Shown: positions 1 through 10,453 of the stretch, piece by piece
How the letters are laid out: every line of letters starts with the position of its first letter
How positions within the stretch are numbered: the first letter of the stretch is position 1
Made by a program: the position numbers and the translations under genes
Assembly: GCF_900095195.1 (NCBI RefSeq)
Contig: NZ_LT606950.1
Span: 576,164-608,163 of the forward strand
Direction of reading: 5' to 3'
DNA from: Polynucleobacter necessarius
GTDB taxonomy: Bacteria > Pseudomonadota > Gammaproteobacteria > Burkholderiales > Burkholderiaceae
Length of the DNA: 32,000 nt
Notes under the pieces: generated by a model
Databases searched by the model: none
Told to the model about the DNA's origin: nothing
Seen by the model: the letters and a program-made list of their open reading frames with translations, nothing else

Positions 1-1865
1 ACCCAGTGGTTGAGGGCTCTGCGCGTGCGCGTATGGAGCGTCGTGGCGATATGTTGGGTGAACAAGTGATGCCAGTATTGGTGCACGGTGACACTGCGAT
101 CGCTGGTCAAGGTGTGATGCAAGAGACTCTGGCAATGTCTGAGGTTCGCGGTTACTCAACCGGCGGTACAGTTCACATTGTGATCAACAACCAGATTGGT
201 TTCACCACATCTGATCCCCGTGACTTGCGTTCGAGCTTGTACTGTACGGATATCATGAAGGTGGTCGATGCCCCAGTATTGCACGTCAATGGGGATGATC
301 CTGAGGCAGTAGTTCTGGCGACGAAATTGGCAGTTGAGTTCCGCACGAAGTTCCATAAAGATGTTGCCATCGACATTATCTGTTTCCGCAAACTGGGTCA
401 CAACGAACAAGATACGCCAGCCATGACTCAGCCGTTGATGTACAAGGTCATTGGCGCACACCCAGGTACCCGCAAACTGTATGCCGACCGCTTAGAAACT
501 CAGGGCGTCTTGCCTGCAGGTACTGGCGATTTAATGGTGAAAGAGTACCGCGCTGCAATGGATGCCGGTAAACAAACCTCTGATCCAGTGCTCAGTAATT
601 TCAAGGGCAAGTTTGCGGTGGATTGGTCCCCATTCCTAAATAAGAAGTGGACTGATGAAGCGGATACCTCCATTCCATTAACCGAGTGGAGGCGCTTGGC
701 AGAAAAGATTTCTACCATCCCAGGGGGCTTTAAAGCGCACCCACTGGTAGCGAAGGTCTACAACGACCGCGCTGCGATGGGTCGCGGTGAAGCGAATATC
801 GACTGGGGTATGGGCGAGCATATAGCTTTTGCTTCTCTGGTTGCAAGCGGCTATCCAATTCGTCTATCGGGCGAGGATAGTGGTCGCGGTACCTTTACTC
901 ACCGTCATGCGGTATTGCATGAGCAAAACCGCGAGAAGTGGGATACCGGTACCTACATTGCGCTTCAGCATGTAACCAAAGATCAAGCCCCATTTACAGT
1001 GATTGACTCGATTCTGTCTGAAGAAGCAGTTCTTGGTTTTGAATATGGTTACGCGGCTGCAGAGCCAAATACGTTGACCATTTGGGAAGCCCAGTTTGGT
1101 GACTTTGCCAATGGCGCACAGGTAGTGATTGACCAGTTCATCGCCTCGGGTGAGGTGAAGTGGGGTCGCGCAAACGGTTTGGTCATGATGTTGCCGCACG
1201 GCTATGAAGGTCAGGGTCCTGAGCACTCTTCAGCACGTCTTGAGCGCTTCATGCAGTTGTGTGCTGATACCAATATGCAGGTGATTCAGCCAACTACGGC
1301 GTCTCAAATCTTCCACGTATTGCGTCGTCAAATGATTCGCCAGTTCCGTAAGCCGTTGGTATTGTTTACGCCAAAATCGTTGTTGCGTAATAAGGATGCT
1401 GCATCACCACTTTCAGAGTTTACGAAGGGCGGCTTCCAAACCGTCATCGGCGAACGCGACGACACCATAGATGCGAAGAAAGTGACTCGCATGATTATGT
1501 GTTCAGGCAGGGTCTACTATGACTTAGTCAAGCAGCGCACAGAGAAGAAGTCAGGGGATGTGGCGATTATTCGTTTGGAGCAGTTGTATCCTTTCCCACA
1601 TAAAGCGCTCACTGCTGAACTGAAGAAATATCCAAAGCTGGAAGAGATTGTTTGGTGTCAGGATGAGCCACAAAATCAGGGTGCATGGTTCTTTGTCCAG
1701 CACAATATCTTGGAGAACATGTCTGATGGTATGAAGTTAGGTTATGCAGGGCGTCCTGCATCAGCTTCACCTGCTTGCGGATATGCTCATTTGCACCAAG
1801 AGCAGCAGAAGTCTCTTCTCAATGCGGCATTTGCCAAATTAAAAGGTTACGTGATCACGAAATAA
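1..1865 (+). CDS. sucA: 2-oxoglutarate dehydrogenase E1 component, C-terminal ~620 aa (5' end lies upstream of the window)
   Basis: The frame of track ORF 6..1865 is open to the window edge. The translation is typical E1o (MLPHGYEGQGPEHSSARLERFMQL, WCQDEPQNQGAW). sucB and lpdA follow directly. Confidence 0.95.
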   Translation, partial: PVVEGSARARMERRGDMLGEQVMPVLVHGDTAIAGQGVMQETLAMSEVRGYSTGGTVHIVINNQIGFTTSDPRDLRSSLYCTDIMKVVDAPVLHVNGDDPEAVVLATKLAVEFRTKFHKDVAIDIICFRKLGHNEQDTPAMTQPLMYKVIGAHPGTRKLYADRLETQGVLPAGTGDLMVKEYRAAMDAGKQTSDPVLSNFKGKFAVDWSPFLNKKWTDEADTSIPLTEWRRLAEKISTIPGGFKAHPLVAKVYNDRAAMGRGEANIDWGMGEHIAFASLVASGYPIRLSGEDSGRGTFTHRHAVLHEQNREKWDTGTYIALQHVTKDQAPFTVIDSILSEEAVLGFEYGYAAAEPNTLTIWEAQFGDFANGAQVVIDQFIASGEVKWGRANGLVMMLPHGYEGQGPEHSSARLERFMQLCADTNMQVIQPTTASQIFHVLRRQMIRQFRKPLVLFTPKSLLRNKDAASPLSEFTKGGFQTVIGERDDTIDAKKVTRMIMCSGRVYYDLVKQRTEKKSGDVAIIRLEQLYPFPHKALTAELKKYPKLEEIVWCQDEPQNQGAWFFVQHNILENMSDGMKLGYAGRPASASPACGYAHLHQEQQKSLLNAAFAKLKGYVITK

Positions 1866-1909
1866 TCGTCTTCATTACTCAACATACATATCAATAAGCA
1901 AGATTAATC

Positions 1910-3082
1910 ATGGCTATTTTTGAAGTTAAAGTTCCACAACTCTCCGAATCTGTTGCTGAAGCAACATTGTTGCAATGGAAAAAGAAAGTCGGCGATGCTG
2001 TCGGTCAAGATGAAATTTTGATCGAAATCGAGACCGATAAGGTGGTACTCGAGGTGCCGGCGCCCTCAGCAGGTGTTTTGACAGAAATCGTTGTTGCCGA
2101 TGGCGGTACTGTCGTTGCTGAGCAGTTGATTGCAAAAATTGATAGCACAGCGGTTGCCGCTGCAGCACCGGCCGCAGCTCCTGCGAAAGCTGCCGCGCCT
2201 GCCAAAGCTGCTGGCGCAGCCGCATCACCATCAGCAAGCAAGATTCTGGCTGAGAAGGGTGTTGATGCAGGTCAGGTAGCAGGTTCCGGTCGTGATGGCC
2301 GTATTACTAAGGGTGATGCACTAAATGCATCTGCTGGCGGTAAAGCTGCTGCATTGCCAAGTGCTCCAATTCCGATTGGTGATCGCCCAGAAGAGCGCGT
2401 GCCAATGAGTCGCTTGCGTGCTCGTATCGCTGAGCGTTTGCTGGAGTCCCAAGCAAACAATGCCATCTTGACCACATTCAATGAAGTCAATATGGGTCCA
2501 GTGATTGCATTGCGTAACAAATACAAAGATCAGTTTGAAAAAACTCATGGTGTGAAGTTGGGCTTCATGTCATTCTTCGTTAAAGCGGCTACTCATGCTT
2601 TGAAAAAGTTCCCACTCCTCAATGCATCTGTGGATGGAAACGACATCGTTTATCACGGTTACTTTGATATTGGTATTGCTGTGAGCTCACCACGTGGCTT
2701 GGTAGTGCCGATTCTGCGCGATGTAGACCAAATGAACTTGGCTGATATTGAGAAGAAGATTGCTGAATTCGGTGTTAAAGCTCGCGAAGGTAAGCTATCG
2801 ATTGAAGAGCTAACTGGCGGTACTTTCTCCATCTCAAACGGTGGCGTGTTTGGTTCGATGCTATCTACACCGATTATCAATCCTCCGCAGTCTGCTATTT
2901 TGGGTATTCACGCAACGAAAGATCGCGCTGTTGTGGAGAACGGTCAAGTTGTCGTACGCCCAATTAACTACTTAGCCTTGTCTTATGACCACCGTATCAT
3001 CGATGGCCGTGAGGCTGTGCTTGGTCTGGTTGCCATAAAGGATGCCTTAGAAGATCCTTCACGCCTTCTCCTTGATTTGTAA
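1910..3082 (+). CDS. sucB: dihydrolipoyllysine-residue succinyltransferase (E2 of the 2-oxoglutarate dehydrogenase complex)
   Basis: 390 aa with a lipoyl domain ([13 protein letters not shown]), an Ala/Pro linker, and a catalytic C-terminus carrying [11 protein letters not shown]. Confidence 0.95.
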   Translation: MAIFEVKVPQLSESVAEATLLQWKKKVGDAVGQDEILIEIETDKVVLEVPAPSAGVLTEIVVADGGTVVAEQLIAKIDSTAVAAAAPAAAPAKAAAPAKAAGAAASPSASKILAEKGVDAGQVAGSGRDGRITKGDALNASAGGKAAALPSAPIPIGDRPEERVPMSRLRARIAERLLESQANNAILTTFNEVNMGPVIALRNKYKDQFEKTHGVKLGFMSFFVKAATHALKKFPLLNASVDGNDIVYHGYFDIGIAVSSPRGLVVPILRDVDQMNLADIEKKIAEFGVKAREGKLSIEELTGGTFSISNGGVFGSMLSTPIINPPQSAILGIHATKDRAVVENGQVVVRPINYLALSYDHRIIDGREAVLGLVAIKDALEDPSRLLLDL

Positions 3083-3094
3083 GAAGGGAAGATC

Positions 3095-4531
3095 ATGAGC
3101 CAAGCTTTTGATGTGCTCGTAATTGGCGGTGGCCCTGGTGGCTACATCGCTGCTATCCGTGCGGCGCAATTGGGTTTCAAGGTTGCCTGTGCTGAATCGA
3201 ATGCCTATGATGATCCAAACGGTGAGCCACGCTTAGGTGGAACCTGCTTGAACGTTGGCTGTATTCCTTCGAAAGCCTTATTAGCCTCATCCGAAGAGTT
3301 CGAGAGGATTGGTCACCATGCAGCAGACCATGGAATCGAAGTTGGCTCAGTCAGCATTGATTCCAAAAAAATGGTGCAACGTAAAGATGACATCGTTACA
3401 AAGATGACGGGTGGTATTCAGTACCTATTCCGTAAAAACAAAATTACCTTGCTCAAAGGCCATGCGTCTTTTGAAGGTAAAGGTGCTGATGGCTATCAAG
3501 TCAAAATTGATGGCAAGGATAAGGATACTGTTACCGCTAAAAATGTGATCATCGCAACTGGATCGAAGGCGCGTCACTTGCCTGGTATTCCAGTGGATAA
3601 CATGTTGATTTGCGATAACGAAGGCGCCCTGAAGTTCGACTCAGTTCCCAAGAAGTTAGGCGTGATTGGCGCTGGTGTTATTGGTCTGGAACTTGGTTCT
3701 GTTTGGCGCCGCTTGGGCTCCGAAGTGACTGTGCTCGAAGCATTGCCATCCTTCTTGGCTGCTTGCGATGTCAGTATTGCCAAAGAAGCGCAAAAGCTAT
3801 TTACCAAACAGGGTTTGAACATCAACATGGGTGTGAATATCGGTGAAGTGAAGGCTGACAAGAAAGGTGTAGTCGTCAATTACACCGATAGCGCTGGTAA
3901 AGCTGCAAAACTCGAGTGTGATCGTTTAATTGTTTCTGTTGGGCGTGTGCCGAATACCGATAAATTGGGCCTGGATAAGATCGGACTCAAAGTTGATGAG
4001 CGTGGCTTTATTCCGATTGACGACCATGCTTGTGCAATTTCTGCGCCTGGTGTTTATGCGGTTGGTGACGTTGTTCGTGGGCCGATGTTGGCGCACAAAG
4101 CAGAGGATGAGGGTGTTCTCGCCGCTGAAGTAATCGCTGGTCAAAAGCCCCACATTGATTACAACTGTATTCCATGGGTCATTTATACCGATCCCGAGAT
4201 TGCTTGGGTTGGCAAAACCGAACAGGCCCTCAAAGAGGCTGGTGTTGCTTATAAATCCGGTCAGTTCCCATTTGCTGCGAATGGTCGTGCATTGGGCATG
4301 GGTCGTGCTGATGGTTTTATCAAGGTATTGTCTGACGCAAAGACCGATGAAATTCTCGGTGTTCATATCATTGGTGCAAATGCATCGGATTTAATTGCTG
4401 AAGCTGCTGTAGCAATGGAATTCAAAGCAGCTGCTGAGGATATTGCACGTATCTGTCATCCGCATCCAAGCTTGTCAGAAGTGATGCGCGAAGCGGCATT
4501 AGCGACAGATCAACGCGCACTCAATATGTAA
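3095..4531 (+). CDS. lpdA: dihydrolipoyl dehydrogenase (E3)
   Basis: 478 aa with an FAD GxGxxG motif (GGGPGGY), the redox disulfide GGTCLNVGCIPSK, and a C-terminal HPHPSLSE interface motif. Confidence 0.95.
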   Translation: MSQAFDVLVIGGGPGGYIAAIRAAQLGFKVACAESNAYDDPNGEPRLGGTCLNVGCIPSKALLASSEEFERIGHHAADHGIEVGSVSIDSKKMVQRKDDIVTKMTGGIQYLFRKNKITLLKGHASFEGKGADGYQVKIDGKDKDTVTAKNVIIATGSKARHLPGIPVDNMLICDNEGALKFDSVPKKLGVIGAGVIGLELGSVWRRLGSEVTVLEALPSFLAACDVSIAKEAQKLFTKQGLNINMGVNIGEVKADKKGVVVNYTDSAGKAAKLECDRLIVSVGRVPNTDKLGLDKIGLKVDERGFIPIDDHACAISAPGVYAVGDVVRGPMLAHKAEDEGVLAAEVIAGQKPHIDYNCIPWVIYTDPEIAWVGKTEQALKEAGVAYKSGQFPFAANGRALGMGRADGFIKVLSDAKTDEILGVHIIGANASDLIAEAAVAMEFKAAAEDIARICHPHPSLSEVMREAALATDQRALNM

Positions 4532-5635
4532 TTGAAAACCATTGAGTATTACCATCAAGAGTTAAAAGCGCGCGGGTATCAAAGTGATCCCGCGCAGCTT
4601 CGTGCTGTAGAGCGTCTGCAAAAATGCGAAGATGAATGGATAGCCTACAAAGGTATCCGTAGCAACAATCTCAAAAAGAAAATCTTCAAACCTACTCTGC
4701 CCAGAGGTCTTTATCTATGGGGCGGTGTAGGGCGTGGCAAGTCCTTCCTCATGGATTGTTTTTACGCAGCCTCTCCTTTAGAGAAGAAGATTCGCATTCA
4801 TTTCCATGAATTTATGCGGGAGGTCCATCGTGAACTCCGTGAACTCTCTGGCCTTGCGGATCCACTTGATGAGCTCTCTAAGCGGATAGCGAATCGCTAT
4901 CGCTTGATCTGTTTTGATGAGTTCCACATCAATGACATTGCTGATGCAATGATTCTGTATCGCTTGCTCAGCGCGCTTTTTGCGGATCGCGTGCAGTTTG
5001 TAATGACTTCCAACTATCGTCCGGATCAACTGTATCCCAATGGTTTGCATCATGATCGTCTATTGCCCGCCATCAAATTGCTAGAAGAAAAACTCGATGT
5101 CTTAAATGTGGATGCGGGAAATGATTATCGTCGGGTACAGATGGCGCAAGTAGAGGCATATCTCACGCCGATTAACGCAGAGACACAGGCAACGCTTGGT
5201 CAAATGTTTCAGACATTAATTGGCAATCAACCAGAAATGCGTAATCCAGACTTGCATATTGAGTCACGAGAGCTAAGACCGTTGCATATGGCCGATGGTG
5301 TGGTTTGGTTTGATTTTCAGACGCTGTGTTGTGGACCCCGTTCCCAGAATGACTATCTTGAGATTGCGAATCAGTTTCACACGGTGATCTTGTCTGGGGT
5401 GCCTTATATGCCCCCCAAAATGACGAATGAGGCCCGCCGTTTTATTTGGTTGATTGATGTTTTATATGACCACAAAATCAAGCTAATTATGTCGGCCCAA
5501 GTGCCAGCCCCTGACTTGTATACCGAGGGGCAAATTACCGCTGAATTCTCCAGAACAGTATCTCGTTTAATCGAAATGCAGTCTCGCGACTACCTAGATG
5601 CTCCGCGCCGGGTAATAGATACCAGCTTGACCTAA
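4532..5635 (+). CDS. zapE: ZapE/AFG1-family ATPase
   Basis: 367 aa with Walker A GGVGRGKS and Walker B-like LICFDEFHINDIADA. The TTG start lies immediately after the lpdA stop, the usual position downstream of the odh operon in betaproteobacteria. Confidence 0.85.
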   Translation: MKTIEYYHQELKARGYQSDPAQLRAVERLQKCEDEWIAYKGIRSNNLKKKIFKPTLPRGLYLWGGVGRGKSFLMDCFYAASPLEKKIRIHFHEFMREVHRELRELSGLADPLDELSKRIANRYRLICFDEFHINDIADAMILYRLLSALFADRVQFVMTSNYRPDQLYPNGLHHDRLLPAIKLLEEKLDVLNVDAGNDYRRVQMAQVEAYLTPINAETQATLGQMFQTLIGNQPEMRNPDLHIESRELRPLHMADGVVWFDFQTLCCGPRSQNDYLEIANQFHTVILSGVPYMPPKMTNEARRFIWLIDVLYDHKIKLIMSAQVPAPDLYTEGQITAEFSRTVSRLIEMQSRDYLDAPRRVIDTSLT

Positions 5636-5644
5636 AATAGGGTC

Positions 5645-6493
5645 ATGAGTAGTTTATCCACCATTAACGCTGATTTACATTGCCATTCCGTTATTTCGGA
5701 TGGCACCTTAACGCCTGAAGTTCTTGCAGAGCGCGCCAAGGCAAATGGTGTGAGCTTGTGGGCTTTGACAGATCACGATGAGCTTGGCGGTCAACAGCGT
5801 GCTAAGAGTGCTGCACAGGCTTTAAGTATTGATTATGTTGCCGGTGTTGAAATTTCAGTGACTTGGATGGGTCAAACGATTCATATTGTTGGTCTTGGTA
5901 TTGACTCAGAGCACCTCGGGATTATTGAGGGCTTGCGTCGTACACGAGAGGGTCGTGGCAATCGAGCCAAACAAATGTCTGACCAATTATTGAAGGTTGG
6001 CATTCCTGGTGCATATGAAGGTGCCTTGCACTATGCCGGCAATCATCAACTGATTTCGAGAACACATTTCGCTCGGTTTTTAGTAGAGCAGGGCGTATGC
6101 AAAGATACCGAACATGTATTCAAAAACTATTTGGTAGAAGGCAAGCCGGGCTTTGTAACGCATCAGTGGGCCCCCTTGGATGACGCGGTTGCCTGGATTA
6201 AGGGGGCTGGTGGGGTGGCGGTCATTGCGCACCCAGGACGCTATAACTTCAATGCTTTGCAAATGGAAGAGCTATATAAGCATTTCAAGAATATCGGTGG
6301 CCTGGGTATTGAAGTGATTACTGGAAGTCATAGCCCAGATCAATATCAAACTTATGGAGAAATTGCCCAGCACTATGGTTTTTTAGCGTCTCGTGGCTCC
6401 GATTTTCATGATCCTAGTGAGAGTCATGTCGATTTAGGATCGCTACCGCCTTTACCAGACTCTCTCACGCCAGTGTGGTCTGTGTTTCATTAA
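5645..6493 (+). CDS. PHP-domain phosphoesterase (TrpH/YciV-like)
   Basis: 282 aa with the N-terminal PHP metal motif DLHCHSVISDG...ALTDHD and a later AHPGRY. Confidence 0.85.
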   Translation: MSSLSTINADLHCHSVISDGTLTPEVLAERAKANGVSLWALTDHDELGGQQRAKSAAQALSIDYVAGVEISVTWMGQTIHIVGLGIDSEHLGIIEGLRRTREGRGNRAKQMSDQLLKVGIPGAYEGALHYAGNHQLISRTHFARFLVEQGVCKDTEHVFKNYLVEGKPGFVTHQWAPLDDAVAWIKGAGGVAVIAHPGRYNFNALQMEELYKHFKNIGGLGIEVITGSHSPDQYQTYGEIAQHYGFLASRGSDFHDPSESHVDLGSLPPLPDSLTPVWSVFH

Positions 6494-6526
6494 CTGATTT
6501 CATTATTCACAAAGAAAAACTAAACG

Positions 6527-7729
6527 ATGTTTGCTGAACGTGTTCTCTCTGGTATGCGGCCTACGGGCAATTTGCATCTTGGTCATTACCAAGGAGTATT
6601 AAAAAACTGGGTACGCTTGCAATCTGAATATCCCTGCTTTTTCTTTGTTGCGGATTGGCATGCGCTAACCACCCACTATGAAACCCCTGATGTGATCGAG
6701 CAATCGGTTTGGGATATGGTGATCGATTGGTTGGCTGCTGGCGTGGACCCAAATCAGGCAGCCTTGTTCATTCAGAGCAAAGTGCCTGAGCATGCGGAAC
6801 TCTTTTTATTGTTATCGATGGGAACCCCGTTGGGCTGGCTTGAGCGTGTTCCAACCTATAAGGATCAGCTTGAGAAGCTCAAAGAGAAAGACCTGCAAAC
6901 CTATGGTTTCTTGGGCTATCCACTTCTACAGTCTGCCGATATTTTGATTTACCGTGCGCAGTTTGTCCCGGTTGGTGAAGATCAGGTTCCGCACGTTGAG
7001 ATGACGCGCGAAGTCGCACGTCGTTTTAATTACCTTTATGGTCGCGAGCCAGGTTTTGAAGAGAAGGCACTCGAAGCAGTCAAAAAACTCGGTAGTAAAC
7101 GTGCCAAGATGTATTCCGAATTGCGAGTAGCGTTTCAGGAGCGCGGAGATGATGAAGCGCTAGAACAAGCCAAGGCGCTGTTGCAAGAAGCGCAAAGCCT
7201 ATCGATGGCCGATCGCGAAAGGCTATTTGGATTTTTGGAAGGTGCTCGCAAAATTATCCTTCCCGAGCCACAAGCATTGCTGACGGCCGCTTCACGTATG
7301 CCAGGAATTGACGGGCAAAAGATGTCTAAGTCCTATGGCAACACGATCAGCGTTCGTGAACAGCCTGAGGAAGTCATTAAGAAAATACGGACCATGCCTA
7401 CCGATCCAGCCCGAGTACGCAGAACGGATGCGGGCGATCCAGCGCGTTGCCCCGTATGGCAACTTCACACCGTCTATTCGAATGAAGAAACCAAGCGGTG
7501 GGTCGGGAAGGGGTGTAAGTCAGCAGGAATCGGCTGCTTGGAGTGCAAGCAACCCGTGATTGATGCGATATTGGCTGAGCAGCAACCGATGTTTGAGCGA
7601 GCTCAAAAATATTTAGACGACCCCAGCTTGTTGCGTTCCATCATTGCCGATGGTTGCGATAAGGCCCGTAAGGTTGCCCAAGAAACCATGCGCGAGGTTC
7701 GTGAGGCCATGGGTCTAGCGTACGACTAG
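6527..7729 (+). CDS. trpS: tryptophan--tRNA ligase (long form with a ~65-aa helical insertion and a C-terminal Cys4 motif)
   Basis: 400 aa with a HIGH-type motif (GNLHLGHY), KMSKS (GQKMSKSYGN) and class Ic architecture. Confidence 0.95.
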   Translation: MFAERVLSGMRPTGNLHLGHYQGVLKNWVRLQSEYPCFFFVADWHALTTHYETPDVIEQSVWDMVIDWLAAGVDPNQAALFIQSKVPEHAELFLLLSMGTPLGWLERVPTYKDQLEKLKEKDLQTYGFLGYPLLQSADILIYRAQFVPVGEDQVPHVEMTREVARRFNYLYGREPGFEEKALEAVKKLGSKRAKMYSELRVAFQERGDDEALEQAKALLQEAQSLSMADRERLFGFLEGARKIILPEPQALLTAASRMPGIDGQKMSKSYGNTISVREQPEEVIKKIRTMPTDPARVRRTDAGDPARCPVWQLHTVYSNEETKRWVGKGCKSAGIGCLECKQPVIDAILAEQQPMFERAQKYLDDPSLLRSIIADGCDKARKVAQETMREVREAMGLAYD

Positions 7730-7745
7730 GGGCTTTCTTGGTAGT

Positions 7746-8257
7746 TTGCATGACACCGTATTAAATCCTTTGCCTTGGGTGAAGCGTTTTGCGCCCATGA
7801 TTCCGAAACCAGGTTTGGTCTTGGGTCTTGCTTATGGTGCTGGCGACATGCAATTTATCTCGCGGACCAAGGCTTTTCAGTGATGGCGGTTGATCAAGAT
7901 GTCTCTCTGCTTGAGCGCAACCAAAACCCCCTCATCGAAACCACAGCCCTCAATCTGGAATTGAATGATTGGCCACTACAAGGTCACCAATTTAACGGGA
8001 TTGTCGTGACCAATTACCTGTTTAGACCCCATTTAGATCAGTTGCCAGCAATGCTGGTTTCAGGCGGGGCGCTGATCTATGAAACCAATGCCCAGTTTGG
8101 TAAGCCCTCAAACCCCAATTTCCTCTTAAATTCAGGGGAATTGCTGGCTTTAGCGACCCGTCATGGCCTGAAAGTCGTGGCCCACGAGGGATCTGTATAT
8201 CAATGAACCCAAACCACAGCCGTGGTTCAGCGCCTTTGTGCCCTAAAAGAGGGTTAA
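7746..8257 (+). pseudogene. class I SAM-dependent methyltransferase, disrupted by a frameshift in motif I and an in-frame TGA
   Basis: The frame starting at TTG 7746 reads HDTVLNPLPWVKRFAPMIPKPGLVLGLAYGAG and stops at 7881-7883. The continuation RHAIYLADQGFSVMAVDQD... is in the -1 frame (track ORF 7775..8206). Joining them at ~7844 needs a 1-nt correction. TGA at 8204-8206 is followed in the same frame by [16 protein letters not shown] (to 8257). Confidence 0.7.
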
Positions 8258-8315
8258 AAAGGGCGCCTTCCGTTACAATTTCAAGGTTAAGACAGCTAAA
8301 ATCGGTATACATTCG

Positions 8316-9239
8316 GTGACATATACAGCTCAATCCAAAGGTAGTAAAAAAACCATCTCTGGCAGCATGTCAGCAATTGTGACCCCCATGTTTGAAGATG
8401 GCAGCTTGGATTTTTCTAGCCTGAAGTCTTTGCTAGATTGGCATGTTGCTGAAGGTACAGATGGCATTGTGATTGTAGGCACTAGTGGAGAATCTCCTAC
8501 GGTGTCCGTAGAAGAGCACTGTGAACTGATTTGTGTCACGGTTGAGCACATTGCTGGACGTATTCCAGTGATTGCGGGTACGGGTGGTAATTCCACAGCG
8601 GAGGCGATCGAGCTTACTGAGTTCGCTAAAAAAGTGGGTGCGGATGCAAGTCTTCAAGTGGTTCCGTACTACAACAAGCCTACTCAAGAGGGTATGTATG
8701 CTCATCTCAAAAAGATTGCTGAGTCAGTAGATTTGCCGGTAATTCTTTATAACGTGCCAGGTCGTACTGTGGCCGATTTAGCGGGCGATACCGTCGTACG
8801 ATTGGCTTCTGTGCCAGGTGTAATCGGCATCAAGGACGCTACAAGCAGTCTCGAGCGAGGCACTCTACTAATCAATGATTTAAAACGTGCAGGTCATAGC
8901 GATTTTGCCGTGTTTTCGGGTGATGATTTAACGGCAGCCATGCTGATGTTGATGGGTGGCAAAGGCAATATCTCAGTGACGGCAAACGTAGCGCCAAGAC
9001 TCATGCACGAATTATGTGTTGCAGCGATGTCCGATGACGTGAAGCGTACCCGTGAAATTCAGTATCAATTGATTGCGGTCCACAAAGCGATGTTTACTGA
9101 GGCTAACCCAATTCCAGTGAAGTGGGCTTTACATGAAATGGGCAAAATTACCGCTGGTATTCGGTTGCCGCTCACTCCACTGAGCGACCCACTCCGAGAG
9201 CCATTGAAGGCAGCATTAAAACAGGCCAATTTATTATGA
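8316..9239 (+). CDS. dapA: 4-hydroxy-tetrahydrodipicolinate synthase
   Basis: 307 aa with the motifs GTSGESPT and the catalytic-Lys context GIKDATSS. The start is uncertain (GTG 8316 or ATG 8367). The stop overlaps the bamC start (ATGA). Confidence 0.92.
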   Translation: MTYTAQSKGSKKTISGSMSAIVTPMFEDGSLDFSSLKSLLDWHVAEGTDGIVIVGTSGESPTVSVEEHCELICVTVEHIAGRIPVIAGTGGNSTAEAIELTEFAKKVGADASLQVVPYYNKPTQEGMYAHLKKIAESVDLPVILYNVPGRTVADLAGDTVVRLASVPGVIGIKDATSSLERGTLLINDLKRAGHSDFAVFSGDDLTAAMLMLMGGKGNISVTANVAPRLMHELCVAAMSDDVKRTREIQYQLIAVHKAMFTEANPIPVKWALHEMGKITAGIRLPLTPLSDPLREPLKAALKQANLL

Positions 9240-10381
9240 AGAATGTGTTTTTCCTACCTGGTCGTATCCTTACTTGTGCTGTAGCCTTGACGGCGGTTCT
9301 CGGATTGGTCTCCTGTAAGTCTGTGACAACTAATGACACGGTAGATTACAAACAATCGGGTGCGGTGCGTGGTCCGAATTTATCCTACCCCCCTGATTTA
9401 ATAACATCCCAAGCAGATCGTCGTTATATCGTGCAAGACGGCACCGCAACCATGTCTGAGTACAATGCAGCGGTTAAAAAATCTGTACAAATGCGAAGCA
9501 ATGTGATGACGGGTATTCCGGGTATGCGCATTGCTAAAGATGGGGAGCGCAGATGGTTGGTAGTTGAAAAACCCGCACCAGAGCTTTACCCCAAAATTAA
9601 GGATTTTTGGCAGGAAAACGGTTTCTTATTGGTGGTTGATTCGCCATCCACTGGAATTATGGAGACTGATTGGGCAGAAAATCGCGCCAAAATCTCACAA
9701 GACTTTATTCGTAAGGCATTGAGTAGCGTTTTAGATTCCGCTTATGACACTGGTGAGCGAGATAAATATAAAACTCGCTTAGAGGTTACGAAGCCGGGTG
9801 TAACGGAGATTTACATCACTCAACGTGGCGCGCTTGAAAAATGTGTGACCGATACGACTGGCGCATGTCTATACACCATTTGGACTCCTCGTCCTAACGA
9901 TCCGGAACTTGAGGCAGCATTCTTGGTGCGCTTAATGGAGCGTCTTGGAATGACGCAAGAGCAAGCTAAGGCAATGGTTGTAACCCCGCTAGGACCAAAA
10001 ACCCCTAAAGCCAAGTTTGTTCAAGAGGCGAATAACAAGGGTTATATCGAGTTAAGCGCTGGCTTTGATCGCTCATGGCGTGATGTGGGTTTGGCGCTGG
10101 ACCGATCGAATTTTACCGTTGAGGATCGTAATCGTTCTGAAGGCGTCTATTTTGTTCGTTACATCAATGCGAAAGACGTTGGTGATTCAAAAGGCTTTTT
10201 CAGTAATCTTCTTAGTAGCAAAGATGATGCAAAACTGCAGGCAAAGAAATATCGTGTTGTTGTGAAGAGCGCCGGTGATAATTCTGCGAATGTCTATGTG
10301 CAGGACGCAGATGGTAAGCCTGAAAATACGCCCGCCGGTATTCAGTTGCTCACGATCCTTACCGATCAGTTGACGAAGTAG
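9236..10381 (+). CDS. bamC: outer membrane protein assembly factor BamC (NlpB-like lipoprotein)
   Basis: 381 aa with a signal peptide and lipobox GLVSC (Cys27). It is translationally coupled to dapA, matching the classic dapA-nlpB pair. Confidence 0.75.
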   Translation: MKNVFFLPGRILTCAVALTAVLGLVSCKSVTTNDTVDYKQSGAVRGPNLSYPPDLITSQADRRYIVQDGTATMSEYNAAVKKSVQMRSNVMTGIPGMRIAKDGERRWLVVEKPAPELYPKIKDFWQENGFLLVVDSPSTGIMETDWAENRAKISQDFIRKALSSVLDSAYDTGERDKYKTRLEVTKPGVTEIYITQRGALEKCVTDTTGACLYTIWTPRPNDPELEAAFLVRLMERLGMTQEQAKAMVVTPLGPKTPKAKFVQEANNKGYIELSAGFDRSWRDVGLALDRSNFTVEDRNRSEGVYFVRYINAKDVGDSKGFFSNLLSSKDDAKLQAKKYRVVVKSAGDNSANVYVQDADGKPENTPAGIQLLTILTDQLTK

Positions 10382-10410
10382 GTCGTATACTAAATGCCGC
10401 ATTAGGCAAT

Positions 10411-10440
10411 AAAAAAGCCGCTCGAAAGCGGCTTTTTTAT
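10411..10440. terminator. bidirectional rho-independent terminator between convergent bamC and the small lipoprotein gene
   Basis: AAAAAAGCCGCT-CGAA-AGCGGCTTTTTT: a perfect GC-rich stem flanked by an A-tract and a T-tract. Confidence 0.75.
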
Positions 10441-10453
10441 TTGATGAAGAAGA

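Noticed and set aside
156-4366. Many 60-146 aa ORFs antisense to or overlapping sucA, sucB and lpdA (e.g. 156..461, 864..1226, 2005..2241, 3926..4366)
   Set aside because: They lie entirely inside strongly supported genes on the other strand or frame and have low-complexity or unremarkable translations. They are shadow ORFs.
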